From positions 52,452,001 to 52,516,000 of the forward strand of contig OX597831.1 in assembly GCA_951406725.2 (NCBI GenBank): a DNA stretch of 64,000 nucleotides. The letters are read 5' to 3'. The stretch's first letter is position 1. Each line of letters starts with the position of its first letter. The notes beneath the pieces were generated by a model. It saw only the letters and a list, made by a program, of their open reading frames with translations. It had not been told where the DNA came from and searched no databases. The DNA is from Octopus vulgaris. Its lineage: Eukaryota. Below, piece by piece: positions 27,430-40,505 of the stretch. A program made the translations under genes and the position numbers.

Positions 27430-27652
27430 CACAAAGTATGTGTAGCGGTTTTTAAATCAAAGCTGGACATCTTCCTGTCAAGAGTCCCAGATGAACCTAC
27501 CTCACGGCAAGAGGTGCAAATGAGAGTAGCTGTATCAAACTCCATTCTTCACCAGGTGCCACATATTAGACGAGGTTCGTCGCAATAACAGTGTAGCACA
27601 AAACGGCGGTGCATCAGCATGGCCGCAGCTCTGAGATGAAACTAGAAAAAAA
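27427..27652 (+). mobile_element. CR1-clade LINE 3' end
   Basis: VAVFKSKLDIFLSRVPDEPTSRQEVQMRVAVSNSILHQV...* (stop 27586-27588) matches the CR1 terminal pattern FKxxLDxFLxxVPDxP...SNS. A short UTR follows, ending GGCGGTGCATCAGCATGGCCGCAG..TGAAAC. Confidence 0.8.
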
Positions 27653-27668
27653 ATATATATATATATAT

Positions 27669-27737
<69 letters not shown>

Positions 27738-27812
27738 TATCAACAGATAGCTAGACAGACAAGCAGACAGTCAGACAGACAGACAGATAGCTACACAGAC
27801 AGACAGACCGAC

Positions 27813-27894
<82 letters not shown>

Positions 27895-28349
27895 TTTGCG
27901 AGAGTGTGAAATACATCCATATGTTATGGGTTATCCTAGGATACAACAGTGAATACATGTTTACATTTTTAAACAAAGCAAAAACGTGCTAATATAAAGA
28001 ATACACGCAAGAGTGAGAGAATCGCATTTCTGTTCGCCCTCATCTGAATACTCTTTGTGTTAGCACGTTTCGCTTTGTTTCAAAAAATGTAAACATGTGT
28101 AAACACATGCTCTGACAGACGCACAAAGACACGGAATACATGCGTATGTATGCACAGGTATGTGTTGGTTATGTGTTTATGTATGTATGTATGTATGTAT
28201 GTAGAAAGGAACATGCGCATGTGTGTATGTGTGTGTGTATGTGTGTGTGTGTGTATGCATATATATATACATATACAAATATATATATTAGAAACATGAA
28301 CTTATAATACATACATATGATGTATGTATATATATGGTACATATATACG

Positions 28350-28398
<49 letters not shown>

Positions 28399-28500
28399 CA
28401 AAAATATTAAAAGAAATAACGAGGTAAAAATATTGTATTAGATTGACGCTCAGAAAAAATAAGAAGAAAAGTCTTATATATACATATATATATGTGTGTG

Positions 28501-28577
<77 letters not shown>

Positions 28578-28876
28578 TAAAACCAACCGGATAACACCAG
28601 CAGAACTAGAATACACAAATGTCAGGGAAAGATATCATACACTACATTTGTTTGCTGAGTTCTGTTATGTTCAGTTCGTGAAATTTTATATCTATTTCTC
28701 TTTCCGCTCATGCCATCTGTATTTTCTTTTTTTTTCCTTTCCTTTTTTTTTTTTTTTTTTTTTTATACTTATGATCATTCAATGTTGAATTTATCCAAAT
28801 ACCGTTTGGAAAATATAAATTTAGAACCGATAAATGATTCGTATTTTATACGTGCACACAAATTCCTCTGTGTGTA

Positions 28877-29008
<132 letters not shown>

Positions 29009-29074
29009 CTTGGTCTCGTATTATTCTGGATTTTAGTGCGAAGTTGTTTTGTGTCTCTTAGTTTTCCAACAACC

Positions 29075-29600
29075 TTTAAAATGTCCATTGCAACAAGTAC
29101 ATCTTCTATGAATCTGGTGTTAAATTACATATTTATGCTTTAGCATTATTCTATTCGCCTCCGTGAATAAGTAAAATGTGGCTAACATAGGTCTTAAGAA
29201 GGAACCCATGGCCAATCTATCCAACTGTATAAACTAACTTGTGTCCTTTGAAACAGCACCCCAGTTGTTCTCATCATATTTGAGCATATAGACTTTTTTT
29301 CTAATAGGTTTGTCAGTATCACGAGTGGTTTTATACGTTCTGTAGTATATAGTTTCTGCCGTTAGGATGTTAGTGAGCAAAATTTCTACATATAATATGA
29401 ATATGGTAATCCATTGTTTGTTTCTTCTAAAATCTGTAGATGTTCCTCAGATGGCCTTATTTGATATTTCGCTGATATAACATTCATGGATAATGTTGTC
29501 TATTTGTTTTGCGATTGAATGTACAGGTGTATTTATTTACGATGTCATGGGTCTAAATTGGATGACTTATTCGAGTATTTCTTTTGTGCTATATTCATCC
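29075..29600 (-). pseudogene. Penelope-like element reverse transcriptase relic
   Basis: Collinear decayed motifs on the minus strand: RPMTS.INTPVHSIAKQID, VEILLTNILTAETI (cf. DVESLFTNIP), FIQLDRLAMGSFLRPMLATFY (cf. QxDGxAMGSPLxPxLA), TRFIEDVL (cf. RYVDD). Confidence 0.7.
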
Positions 29601-29631
29601 ATCCATTCATTCACACATACATATATACATA

Positions 29632-29798
<167 letters not shown>

Positions 29799-29971
29799 CC
29801 TATGAATGTATATCTGTGTGTGTGTCTGTGTGTGTGTGTGTGCATGTTTGTGTGTGTACATATGTATCCGTTGTGTGAGTGTGTGTGTGTGTGTGCTTGT
29901 CTGTGTGTGTACACGTGTGAGTGTTTGCGTGTACAAGTTTGTACGCGTACATGTGTGTGTGTAGATGTGTA

Positions 29972-30025
<54 letters not shown>

Positions 30026-30097
30026 TGTTTGAGAGAGTGTGTGTGTTTATGTATATGCATATATATATTACCCGAATCTCCAACCCTGGATTTAGAA

Positions 30098-30340
30098 GGT
30101 TAGGGTGTTGCACTCACCACCGCTAGATCATGGATTCGAATTCCGGATCGTGCGACATCGTGCTCTTGAACAAAATGCTTCATTTCACATTGCGCCAGTT
30201 CGCTCAGCTGTAAATCGGTAACCTTGAGACGGAATATTCTTCCGATCATGGGGGAATCTTGGTCTGTTCGCCTGGTCAGCGGATTGACATGATTTAAAAG
30301 CTACATCAATGAGAAGCGCATTGTGATCAGCTATGTATAA
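30098..30340 (+). mobile_element. old SINE, group D-like head/body with another tail
   Basis: GGTTAGGGTGTTG..GGATTCGAATTCC box, then TGCTCTTGAACAAAATGCTTCATTTCACATTG body. Confidence 0.55.
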
Positions 30341-30399
30341 TAAGTCTAGTCGGTGGGATATACATACATACATACATACATACATACATACACACACAT

Positions 30400-30432
<33 letters not shown>

Positions 30433-30533
30433 TACACACACACATACATACATACATACATATATACATACATACATACATACATATATACATACATACA
30501 TACATACATATATACATACATACATACATACAT

Positions 30534-30564
<31 letters not shown>

Positions 30565-30595
30565 TACACACACACATACATACATACATACATAT

Positions 30596-30626
<31 letters not shown>

Positions 30627-30641
30627 CATACATACATACAT

Positions 30642-30674
<33 letters not shown>

Positions 30675-30742
30675 TACATACATACACACATACATACATA
30701 CATACATACATACATACATACATACATACATACATACATACA

Positions 30743-30773
<31 letters not shown>

Positions 30774-30920
30774 TTGATTCATTCGAGAACGTTCTTTTAA
30801 ATCAGTCATCTTATCTGTTCGTGACTTTTAATCTAATTGTATATATTCATTTGTATATGTGTATGCACGCTGTCATCCAACCTTGATTTCGAAAGGGATT
30901 GTGTGAAGAAATATATATGG

Positions 30921-30952
<32 letters not shown>

Positions 30953-31133
30953 CTTTGTATGTATATAGTTGTGTCCCGGCTTGAATATGTGTTGGTTTTG
31001 ACCAAGAATAGCTTGATGCTTGAATCTGTCCTCCTTTATTGAATTATGATATCACTGCTCAATATATTGAGCCCTGCAGTGTTATTCTGTGAAAAAGTTA
31101 TTATCCTCTATTATTCAGTGTTTATATATGAAC

Positions 31134-31199
<66 letters not shown>

Positions 31200-31308
31200 G
31201 GAGACAGGTGAAGAGAAAGAGAGTGATTTACATACGCACACACACACACACACACATACATACGTGCATGCATACATACATACATACATACATACATACA
31301 TACATACA

Positions 31309-31339
<31 letters not shown>

Positions 31340-31900
31340 GTCCTGAAATAAACTTAGAAAATCCCTCTGTTATGGAATACATTCATAAACACTAACTCAA
31401 TGAATGCTGGTGGAATATTCCCATCAAAAGGTCCGTCAAACATAACAGGCCGAATATTGTTGTTTGGGACAGAGGGGCAAAGGTATGTATCATCACAGAG
31501 ATCAGCTGCCCTGCAGATATAAATCTCTTTGAAAATCAAAGAGGATATTTGTCCATAGAGGATATATATGGACAACTGCTTTGAAACCACCAGCTTCTAT
31601 ATTCAGACTATGAATTCATATTAGTACCAATAATAATTGGTGCACTAAGTGTTGTTAGTAAATGCTTAAAAGGAGAATCTGGTCAAACTGGGATTTTCAG
31701 AAAGAGAAATCGACTGGCTAATTCGTACATTACAAGTGCAATCTGTGAGTGGAACAGTAAAAATATGCAAGACTTTTCTCAAGTTCCAAATGTGAATTCG
31801 TCTGTGTAATCTACATCCCAAAGACGGAGCATTGTATCTTTGTTGAAAACCGGCTCCCTTCTCAGCGGATGATTTATAATAATTAAGAAATAGAAGAGAC
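31340..31900 (+). mobile_element. REL-endonuclease LINE (R4/Dong-like) 3' fragment
   Basis: WWNIPIK..HNRPNIVVWD..CIITEISCPAD..LVPIIIGAL..LIRTLQVQSVSGTVKICKTFLKFQM*, then a UTR. (CATA)n on both sides. Confidence 0.8.
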
Positions 31901-31946
31901 ATACATACATCAGCGAAAGATGTACCACTGTATATAGAAATATATA

Positions 31947-32175
31947 TATTTCTTTACTGCCCTCAAGGGGCTAAACATAGAGGGGACAAACAATGGCAGA
32001 CAAAGGGATTAAGTCTATTACATCGACCCAGTGCGAAACTGGTACTTTATTTATCGACCCCGAGAGGATGAAAGGCAAAGTCGACCTCGGCGGAATTTGA
32101 ACTCAGAACGTAACGGCAGACGAAATACGGCTAAGCATTTCGCCTGGCATGCTAACGATTCTGCCAGCTCGCCGC
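31947..32175 (-). mobile_element. SINE group B
   Basis: Revcomp of the group B head and body. Approximate TSD TAGAAA(T/C)ATATA. Confidence 0.85.
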
Positions 32176-32540
32176 TAGAAACATATAGACATACATAAGA
32201 CGTGTTTCTGCAAAGTATTTAACCAACACTTTTCACCTACAAAGTATTATTAGTTAAACGAAAGGTGTAGTAGTTTCTTTTGTACCTAAGGTACCATGCA
32301 GTGGGATAGAACTTGATACCTCGTTGCTATAAAGCAAATTTCGCAAACACAAGTCATTGCAGTTTTTTTCTTCTTTTTGTCGTTTTGTCTGCAGTGTTTG
32401 AATAAGTCTCTTAGTGCTGTGGTAGTCATTTATGGAAAGGAAACGTGGAGGAGGGAGTAAGAGAGAGAGAGGATCTGAGAACTTGTGCGAACGATTGGTG
32501 TGAGAGAGGGAGTTACTGTGGAGTGACAAAGTGCAAAATA

Positions 32541-32573
32541 ATGGAGTAGATATTGGAGATTTCAGGAGAACGA

Positions 32574-32660
<87 letters not shown>

Positions 32661-32773
32661 GATAGCGATAAAGAGTGAGAGAAAGAAAGAAAGAAAGAGA
32701 AATAGAGAGGGAGGGCTGTTGAGTGAGAAAGGGCAAGAGAATGGAGTAGATATTGGAGATTTTAGGAGAACGA

Positions 32774-32820
<47 letters not shown>

Positions 32821-32940
32821 GATAGCGATAAAGAGTGAGAGAAAGAAAGAAAGAGAAATAGAGAGGGAGGGCTGTTGAGTGAGAAAGGGCAAGAGAATGG
32901 AGTAAGAAAGGCGATACTGGAGATTTCGGGAGAACGAGAG
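32541..32940. repeat. tandem duplication (~160-200-bp purine-rich unit, 2.3 copies)
   Basis: ATGGAGTAGATATTGGAGATTT..GGAGAACGAAGAGA at 32541 and 32741, with a diverged third start near 32897. Confidence 0.85.
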
Positions 32941-33000
32941 AGTGAGTGAGTGAGAGAGAGAATGAGTGAGAGAGAGTGGGTGAGAGAAAGATTGAGTGAC

Positions 33001-33031
<31 letters not shown>

Positions 33032-33080
33032 AATAGTGACAGAGAGAGATCGATAGAGAGACAGACAGACAGAGACAGAG

Positions 33081-33127
<47 letters not shown>

Positions 33128-33131
33128 ATGA

Positions 33132-33189
<58 letters not shown>

Positions 33190-33334
33190 TAGAGTAAGAA
33201 GGCATGAGAGAGATAGAGAGAGAGAATGAGAAGCGTTAATCTGGTTTTTGACAATTCAGTTAAGTCAGCAGTACGGTGTTGTATGACTGACGAAGATTTC
33301 AAAACCTCTTTTAGCAAAATCGCTGGATAAAGTG

Positions 33335-35575
33335 ATTAATGGTACGGTTAATGGTGTGTATGTGTGGGAGTTAATGGTGGAGGTTAATGGTGAGGTTAAT
33401 GGCGTAGGTTATAGTGAGATTAATGGTGAAGTTGATAGTGAGGTTTAATGTGACGTTAATTAATGCCGTGACGTATATTGTTCATAGCATAGTTAATAAA
33501 AGTGAGGTTAATGGCATGATTATTATTGTGGGTAGTAGTATGGTTAATAGAGGTTCATAATGTGATTAAATGTGAATTTAATAGTGTAGTTAATAGTAGA
33601 GTTAACAGCGAGTTAATGGGGTGGTCAATGGCAGAGTTAATTGTGAGGTTAATGGGGAAATTCTTGGTGAGGTTCAGGACGAGGCTAATGTGGTGACTGG
33701 TATGGCTGTAGTTAAAAGTGATTGTAACGGAGTAGTTAAATAGCTTATTAATGTTGTGAGTGGCTAATTATGGTGAAGTTAATGGTGAGGCTTAGGGTTA
33801 GGCTAACGGTCTCGTTAATGTTAGAGTTAAAAGTTGAGTTTAATGGTGTTATTAAATATTTTGTTAATGTAGTTAATGAGAAGGACAATAGTAACGTTAA
33901 CGGCGAATAAATAGTGAGGCTAATGATGAGATTGTGAGACTAAAGACAGTACTAATAATGATGTTGTTAATTATGTGGTTAATTATGTGGTTAATATTGT
34001 AATTGATAGTGAGGTTAATGCTTTGGTTAATTCTGAAGCTAATGGGTAAAGTCAACAGTGTTGCGAATAACGTTGTTTATTTTATTTTATTTTTTTGCTT
34101 CTTTTTAGGTTTGGTTAGCGTAAAGGTTAATGGTGGATTTTACTGCGTAGTATATTGTGAGTTTATAAGTGTGAGATTAATGACGTGGTTATGATAATGT
34201 TAATATTGTGGTGGTTAAAGACGGCGAGCCGGCAGAATCGTTAACTGCCCGCCAAATTGCTTAGCGTCTTAACGTTCTAAGTTCAACTTTGGTCGACTTT
34301 CAGATCGATAAAACAGTGCCAGTTGAAAACCGAGGGCAATGTAATCAACTTTCTTCCCCTAAAATTGCTAGGGACTCGAGCCAAAATTTGAAACCCCTTT
34401 GAAACCAATTTTGTTGTTGTTAATAGTTTGGTTAAAAGAGAACACACCGACGAGCTTAATAGAAGTATTAATGGTTGATAAGGTTAATATCATGTTTAAC
34501 AGTGTGATTAATGTCTGGATACTGCTGACGTCATTAATTAGGTTAATGGAGAAACTGATGATAAAGTTAATGGTGTGCTTATGATGAGGTTTATACAGAT
34601 GAAAATAGTAAGGTTTGTAACGTGTTTAATGGTGTGATTAATGCCTGGTTATTGTTGGAATTATTAGGGGATTTAATAGTATGGCTGATGATAAGGTTAA
34701 TTGCGTGTTTAATGATGTGATTAATGTCTGATTACTGAAATTATTAATGAAATTAATTGTGACACTAATAACAAGGTTAATAGCGTGTTTAATGGTGTGA
34801 TTAATGCCTGATTACTGGTGGAGTTATTAGTCAAGTTAGTGGTGAGACTAACGAGATTAATGGTGCGTTTAATGAAGTGGTTAATGTCTGATTACTAGAG
34901 TTATTGGTAAGGTAATAACCAGGACTAATGATAAGATTAACAGCGTATTTCTTGATGTGAAATTATTGGTGAGGTTAATGGGCAGACTAATAATGAGGTT
35001 AATAGTGTGGTTAATGGTTAATGGTTAATGGTGTGGTTAATGACAGGAGTTATTCGTGAGATTAATGATGAGACTAATGATGAAATTAATGGTGCGGTTA
35101 TGATAAGGATAATTGCGTGTTTGATGGTGCGATTAATGCCTGGCTACCGGAGTTATTGGTGAGGTTAAGGGTGAGGCTGATGACGAGGTTAATAGCGCAT
35201 TTAACGGTGTGATTAATGCATGGTTGCTGGTAGAGTTATTAATGAGGTTAATGAACTAATATAGGAGTTAATAGCGTATTTAACGATGTGATTAATGCCT
35301 GATTACTTACGTTATTGGTGAAGTTAATAGTGGGACCGATGATTAGGTTAATGGTGAAACAAATGATAAAGTTAATAGCGTATTTGATGGAGTGATTAAT
35401 GCCTAATGACCAATGACTAGTGAAAATATTTATGAAGTCAATAGTGATTAGTGGTGCGGTCACTGGTCAGATTAATGATGAGTTTAATATTCAGAGAGGT
35501 TAATAATATGTGATAAATCTATAAGGCTAATGGTTATGTTGATAGTATATTTAGTGGTATGGTTAATAAAGTTAA
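33335..35575. repeat. degenerate TTAAT-rich satellite (~12-bp unit GGTTAATGGTGA; ~80-bp higher-order unit in the 3' half), interrupted by a group B SINE at ~34217-34395
   Basis: Dozens of (G)TTAAT(G) words, all on one strand. GATTAATG(C/T)CTG recurs near 34635, 34718, 34798, 34878, 35130, 35210 and 35288. Confidence 0.85.
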
Positions 35576-36434
35576 ACATCAACATCATCAGCAATAACGA
35601 CAATGGCTGCGGCTTCGACCACGAGGATGATGATGACCACTAACACGACCATGACGACGTCACCACGACCACAACGGTGGCACCACAACCACGACGACGT
35701 CTTCACGGCGACAATTACCATGAAGATTATGACGATGACGACAACGACGAAGGCGGCAGCGGTCACAGCGACCACGACGACGACAATGATTCCCAGAACT
35801 TAACGAATTGACGAACTAGCCAGCAGTAACCGCCAAATACTCTGAAATCACACTCTATCGTCTTTAAAAGGGAACAATATCAACCCAAATATACAAAAAA
35901 AAGGCAGTTGGTCATGTCTGGAACGCTTTTGTTCATGAGTATGCTCGATCAGTTCTCGATACTAGACAACAGTAACAAATAAAGAAAATATTTTCAAATG
36001 TCAACACCAATTCTTAGAAAGAAAACCTTTACGTAATCACTCGATCAGTTAGAAATAGCAGCTAATCGCACTCGAATGTTAAGAGCATAACACGAACTAA
36101 CGAGAGAGTTTGAACGTGTTGTTTGAGCTTGTAGAGATAGCAGCCAAATCTTCCTCTCGAATATCTCCCTATTGTCATAACAAGCAAAAAATGGAATGGA
36201 ATGGGACCTTGCATAACAAAGCTCTAGATAGACTTGATTGAATTAAAGATGGGTGGTCATGGCTGGAATGCTTGTAGCCATAGATCTGTTCGTTCATAGC
36301 TTGCAACAACGGACACATTGGAAAATAAAGTTCTAGGTACTGGATGCATTGTGTTTGAATGAGGCGGGATGGGCATGGCTGAAATGCTTTTGATTTAGAA
36401 CTATAATAGCAGCGACGATGACAACATCAACATT

Positions 36435-36481
<47 letters not shown>

Positions 36482-36689
36482 CGGCTGTCACGTGAGTGAT
36501 GACTCAACATCAACAACGATAGCAACGACAACAACATGAGGAACAACGACAATGATGACGTCAGTAACAATAACGGTGAGAACAAGGACATCGGCGATAA
36601 CGATGACAACAAATACAACGATGACAGCGGCAACAATAACAACGGCGACAACAATAACGATGACGACGACAACGACAACAGCAACGACG

Positions 36690-37275
36690 GTGGGGGCGCA
36701 ATGGCCTGGTGGTTAGGGCAGTGGACTCGCGGTCGTAAGAACGCGGTTTCGATTCCCAGACCGGGCATTGTGAGTGTTGAGTGTTTATTGAGCAAAAACA
36801 CCTAAGCTCCACGATGCTCCGGCGGGGGTTGGGGTTGAACCCCGCTGTACTGTTTCACCGCAACTTTCTTTCATTCTTTCTTCCTACTTCTTCCACAAAG
36901 CAGAGGAACCATGGTGTAACCCACTTTCAGACCCTAGTCTAGATTGCGAATGCTCTGTACCCCAGGATGGTTCAACTCTCCACCCGTTAAAAGCCACCGT
37001 TTACGGAATGAGGATAACAATGTAGCTTTCGCGCCCGTACAACCGCCAGTCTATCGCGTGTGGTGGGTGGATCTTCAAGTTGCCACACGCATTCTTAGTA
37101 GCTTAGAGTAGGCTCGAATTAGAGATTATTCTTTGTGGCTAATGGCGTGAGTCCTGATTGGAAGAAGAAGGAGAAGAAGAAGAAGAAGAAGAAGAAGAAG
37201 AAGAAGAAGAAGAAGAAGAAGAAGAAGAAGAAGAAGAAGAAGAAGAAGAAGAAGAAGAAGAAGAAGAAGAAGAAG
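36690..37275 (+). mobile_element. SINE group C with tail 2, ending in (GAA)n
   Basis: Group C head GTGGGGGCGCAATGGCCTGGTGGTTAGGGCAG. The 3' part is unrelated and ends GAGTCCTGATTG(GAA)n. Short TSD ACGACG(GT). Confidence 0.85.
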
Positions 37276-37297
37276 ACGACGGTGCTAACAACAATTG

Positions 37298-37598
37298 TTT
37301 GTTTCTTCTCGAGCCACGCCTGACTCATAAGGGCCGGTTTCCCGGTTTCCATGGCGTATAGGTTCCCTACCTGGACGGGACGCCGGTCCGTCGCAGGTGA
37401 GCTGCAAGATGCAGGAGGAAAAAATGAGAGAAAGTTGTGGCGAAAGAGTCAGCAGATGTTCGCCTTTACCTTCTGCCGGGGCCGCGTGGAGCTTAGGTGT
37501 TTCGCTCATAAACACACACATCGCCCGGTCTGAGATTCGAACCCGTGATCCCTCGACCGCGAGTCTGCTGCTCTAACCACTAGGCCATGTGCCTCCAC
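37298..37598 (-). mobile_element. SINE group C with tail 3
   Basis: Head GTGGAGGCACATGGCCTAGTGGTTAGAGC; tail CCTGCGACGGACCGGCGTCCCGTCCAGG..GAAACCGGGAAACCGGCCCTTATGAG. TSD CTAACA(A/C)CAATTG at 37285-37297 and 37599-37611. Confidence 0.88.
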
Positions 37599-38275
37599 CT
37601 AACACCAATTGCAATACCAAAAATGACGACGGCGATGGCAGCAACGACGACGACAACCACGGCAACAACAATGGCCACCACGTCAGAGATATCAGCCACA
37701 ACAACGATGACAATGAGTACCACGTCCACGTCCACGTCCACCACAACAACAACAGCAACAACAACAACAACAACAACAAGCAAACAAATCACTTTCAAGC
37801 GACCAACAGAACTGAACGAACCAACGATTATCTTAGGGTCAAGTTCCAATCAATGCTTTAATCCGCCAGAGTCTTTAATCCGTTATCTCTTCAGTCCATT
37901 AACATAGTTAATCCGGATCAATTTACAAATTCAAACTTCACCGATTGTCGAGTGACTATTAATGTTTTGTTTTTTTTACTTCTAAATTCTTATTATTTCA
38001 TTTTTATTTTTCATTTTTATTTTTCATTTTTATTTTGATGTTTTATTTATATTCATGTGACCGAATGATTTTATGCACTGGGGTCGATGTAATCGACATA
38101 ACCCACCCCTTGTTGCAGTCACTGGACTGCGGTCAAGTTGAGGTACCACCTTGAAGGGTTTAGTCGAACAAATCGCCCCCAGTACTTTTTTTTTTATTAA
38201 AGTATGGCACTTATTCTAATTCTCTCTTTTTTTAGGAACCGCTAAGTGACGGGGGCATAAACAATCCAGCACTAG

Positions 38276-38339
<64 letters not shown>

Positions 38340-38685
38340 AACACACAAACAGGCCGACTTCTTTCAGTTTCAGTTTGCCAAATCCAATCGCAAGGCTTTT
38401 GTCAACCCGGGACTGTAGTAGGAGACACTTGGCCAAGGTGCTGGACTTGCCCAAGACCACATGGTTAGGAAGAAAAGCTTCGTAACCACACAGCCATGCC
38501 TGCACCAATTTGTCAATTGTTTATATGTAAAATTAACTATGATTAAGCAGATCTATGATCAAAGGCATTCCAAACGTGGCCATCTCATCCTTTTTTATCT
38601 ATATTATTTGTGTCTTGGTTTCAAATTGTGACACAAGGCTGGCAAATTCAATAGAGGTATAAATCGATTACATTGACCCCCAGTG

Positions 38686-38727
<42 letters not shown>

Positions 38728-38730
<3 letters not shown>

Positions 38731-39097
38731 ATATAAACGGGAGTTTGTCTGTGCGTGTTTCTGTGTGTCTGTTTGCTTGTACCCTCACCCTGACCACGGG
38801 TTTCAACCGATTCTGATGAAACTTGACACACACATAGCCCAATGTCATAATTCAAAACTAACGCAGCGAAAATTTTGAAAAGTTCCCCCAGTTCTGAAAA
38901 AAATCGATAAATTCGACATGGGGTCGAGAATCAGAAACACAAACCGCAAACTGTCTAGGGGACGCAACTCCACCTTTTTTAACTAAAAAATAATTTACCA
39001 TCATTTTTTTCCATTTTTTGTTATTTTTTGGCTATAACTCTCTAAAAATGCTTTATAGTTATTTCCTTACAAACCCGAGCAACGCCGGGCGATACTG

Positions 39098-39101
<4 letters not shown>
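38728..39101 (+). mobile_element. non-autonomous Helitron, second subfamily
   Basis: 5' TCTATATAAA within (TA)n. The last ~65 bp (CTCTCTAAAAATGCTT..AAACCCGAGCAACGCCGGGCGATACTGCTA) are shared with 18870-19364, while the 5' body differs. Confidence 0.8.
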
Positions 39102-39135
<34 letters not shown>

Positions 39136-39358
39136 GTACATACAGACGCACGCACACACATACATATGTACTCATCAGACTTCTTTCAATTTCCGTCTAC
39201 CAAATCCATTCACAGGGTTTTGGTCAGCCCGTGGTGATAGTAGGAGACACTTGCCCAAAGTGGCACGCAGTGAAACTGAACCCGGAACCACGCACAACTA
39301 TGTGGAAAATTGCGACAGTTAAGCTGGCTATAAACAACCATTATCACTAGGCACAATA

Positions 39359-39722
39359 AGGCGGCGAACTGGTAGAAACGTTACCGCGCCGGGCGAAATG
39401 CTTAGCGTTATTTCGTCTACCGCTACGTTCTAAGTTCAAATTTCGCCGAGGTCGACTTTGCCTTTCATCCTTACGGGGTCGATATAATCGACTTAATCCG
39501 TTTGTCTGTCCTTGTTTGTCCTCTCTGTGTTTAGCCCCTTGTGAGTAGTAAAGACATACGTGTTTCGTCTGTCGTTACATTCTTAGTTCAAATTCCGCTG
39601 AGGTCGACTTTGCCTTTCATCCTTTTGGCGTCGCTAAATTAAGTACCAGTTGCGTACTGGGGTCGATCTAATCGACTGACCCCCTTCCCAAAAAGTTCGG
39701 TCCTTGTGCTAGAGTAGAAAAG
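39359..39722 (+). mobile_element. SINE group B, two-unit copy
   Basis: Same layout as 4065-4455. Confidence 0.85.
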
Positions 39723-40118
39723 ATTATTACTAGGCACAATCCATCTATAGCATTTCTCGATGTCGTGAACGCTCTGATTTCGAAGACGGACTCCAGATTT
39801 GAATACGATATAAACATAGTCTTAGTATGTTCATACGTAAACCCTGTTGATAAAGCAGTTATTTCTTGTTTATTTTTAAGGTACGGAAATATATTAAGTT
39901 TAATATAGTTAACTCTCCTTTGAGCGTTAAAACTGACTTATGATAAACGATTATCACCCACCCGCTGCCGAGACAGAACGGTAAATTTCTGAAACTTAGT
40001 GTGTGTATGCATACGTGCCGTGCATGTATGTGCGCGTATGTGAATGCATGTGTGTGCGTCGGGCCTCTTTTGATCATGGCTGACCATGGGTTTCTTACTT
40101 TTTGGAAGTTTCCGTTCT

Positions 40119-40505
40119 AGACGCAGGCATAGCTGTTTAGTTAAGAATCTTTCTTTGCAATCACGTGCTTTCGCGTTCGGTCTCACTTGGGCAAATGCCT
40201 TCTACTATAGCCCCGGACCAATCAATGTCTTGTAAGTGAAGTTCGGAGAGGGAAATTGAGTACAAGCCTTTCGTATATATGCGTGCGTGTCTGTGCTTAT
40301 GCTTGTCACTCCCCGCCGCGTTGGCAACCGGTATTGGTTTGTTTGCGTCTCCATAACATAGCAATCGGCAAAAGAGACCAACAGAATAAGTAACGGACTT
40401 TGTTAACAAAAAATAAGTAAAAAAAGTCAGTTTGTTCGACTAAACCCTTCAAAGTGATACTCCAGATTGGCCGCGTTGCAACGACTGAAACAGGTAAAAG
40501 ATAAG
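40119..40505 (+). mobile_element. SINE group A, diverged
   Basis: Head, GACCAACAGAATAAGT body and GACTGAAACAGGTAAAAG tail are recognisable. Confidence 0.7.

Noticed and set aside
33790-33803. Telomeric array
   Set aside because: Fewer than two TTAGGG units, inside a degenerate satellite.
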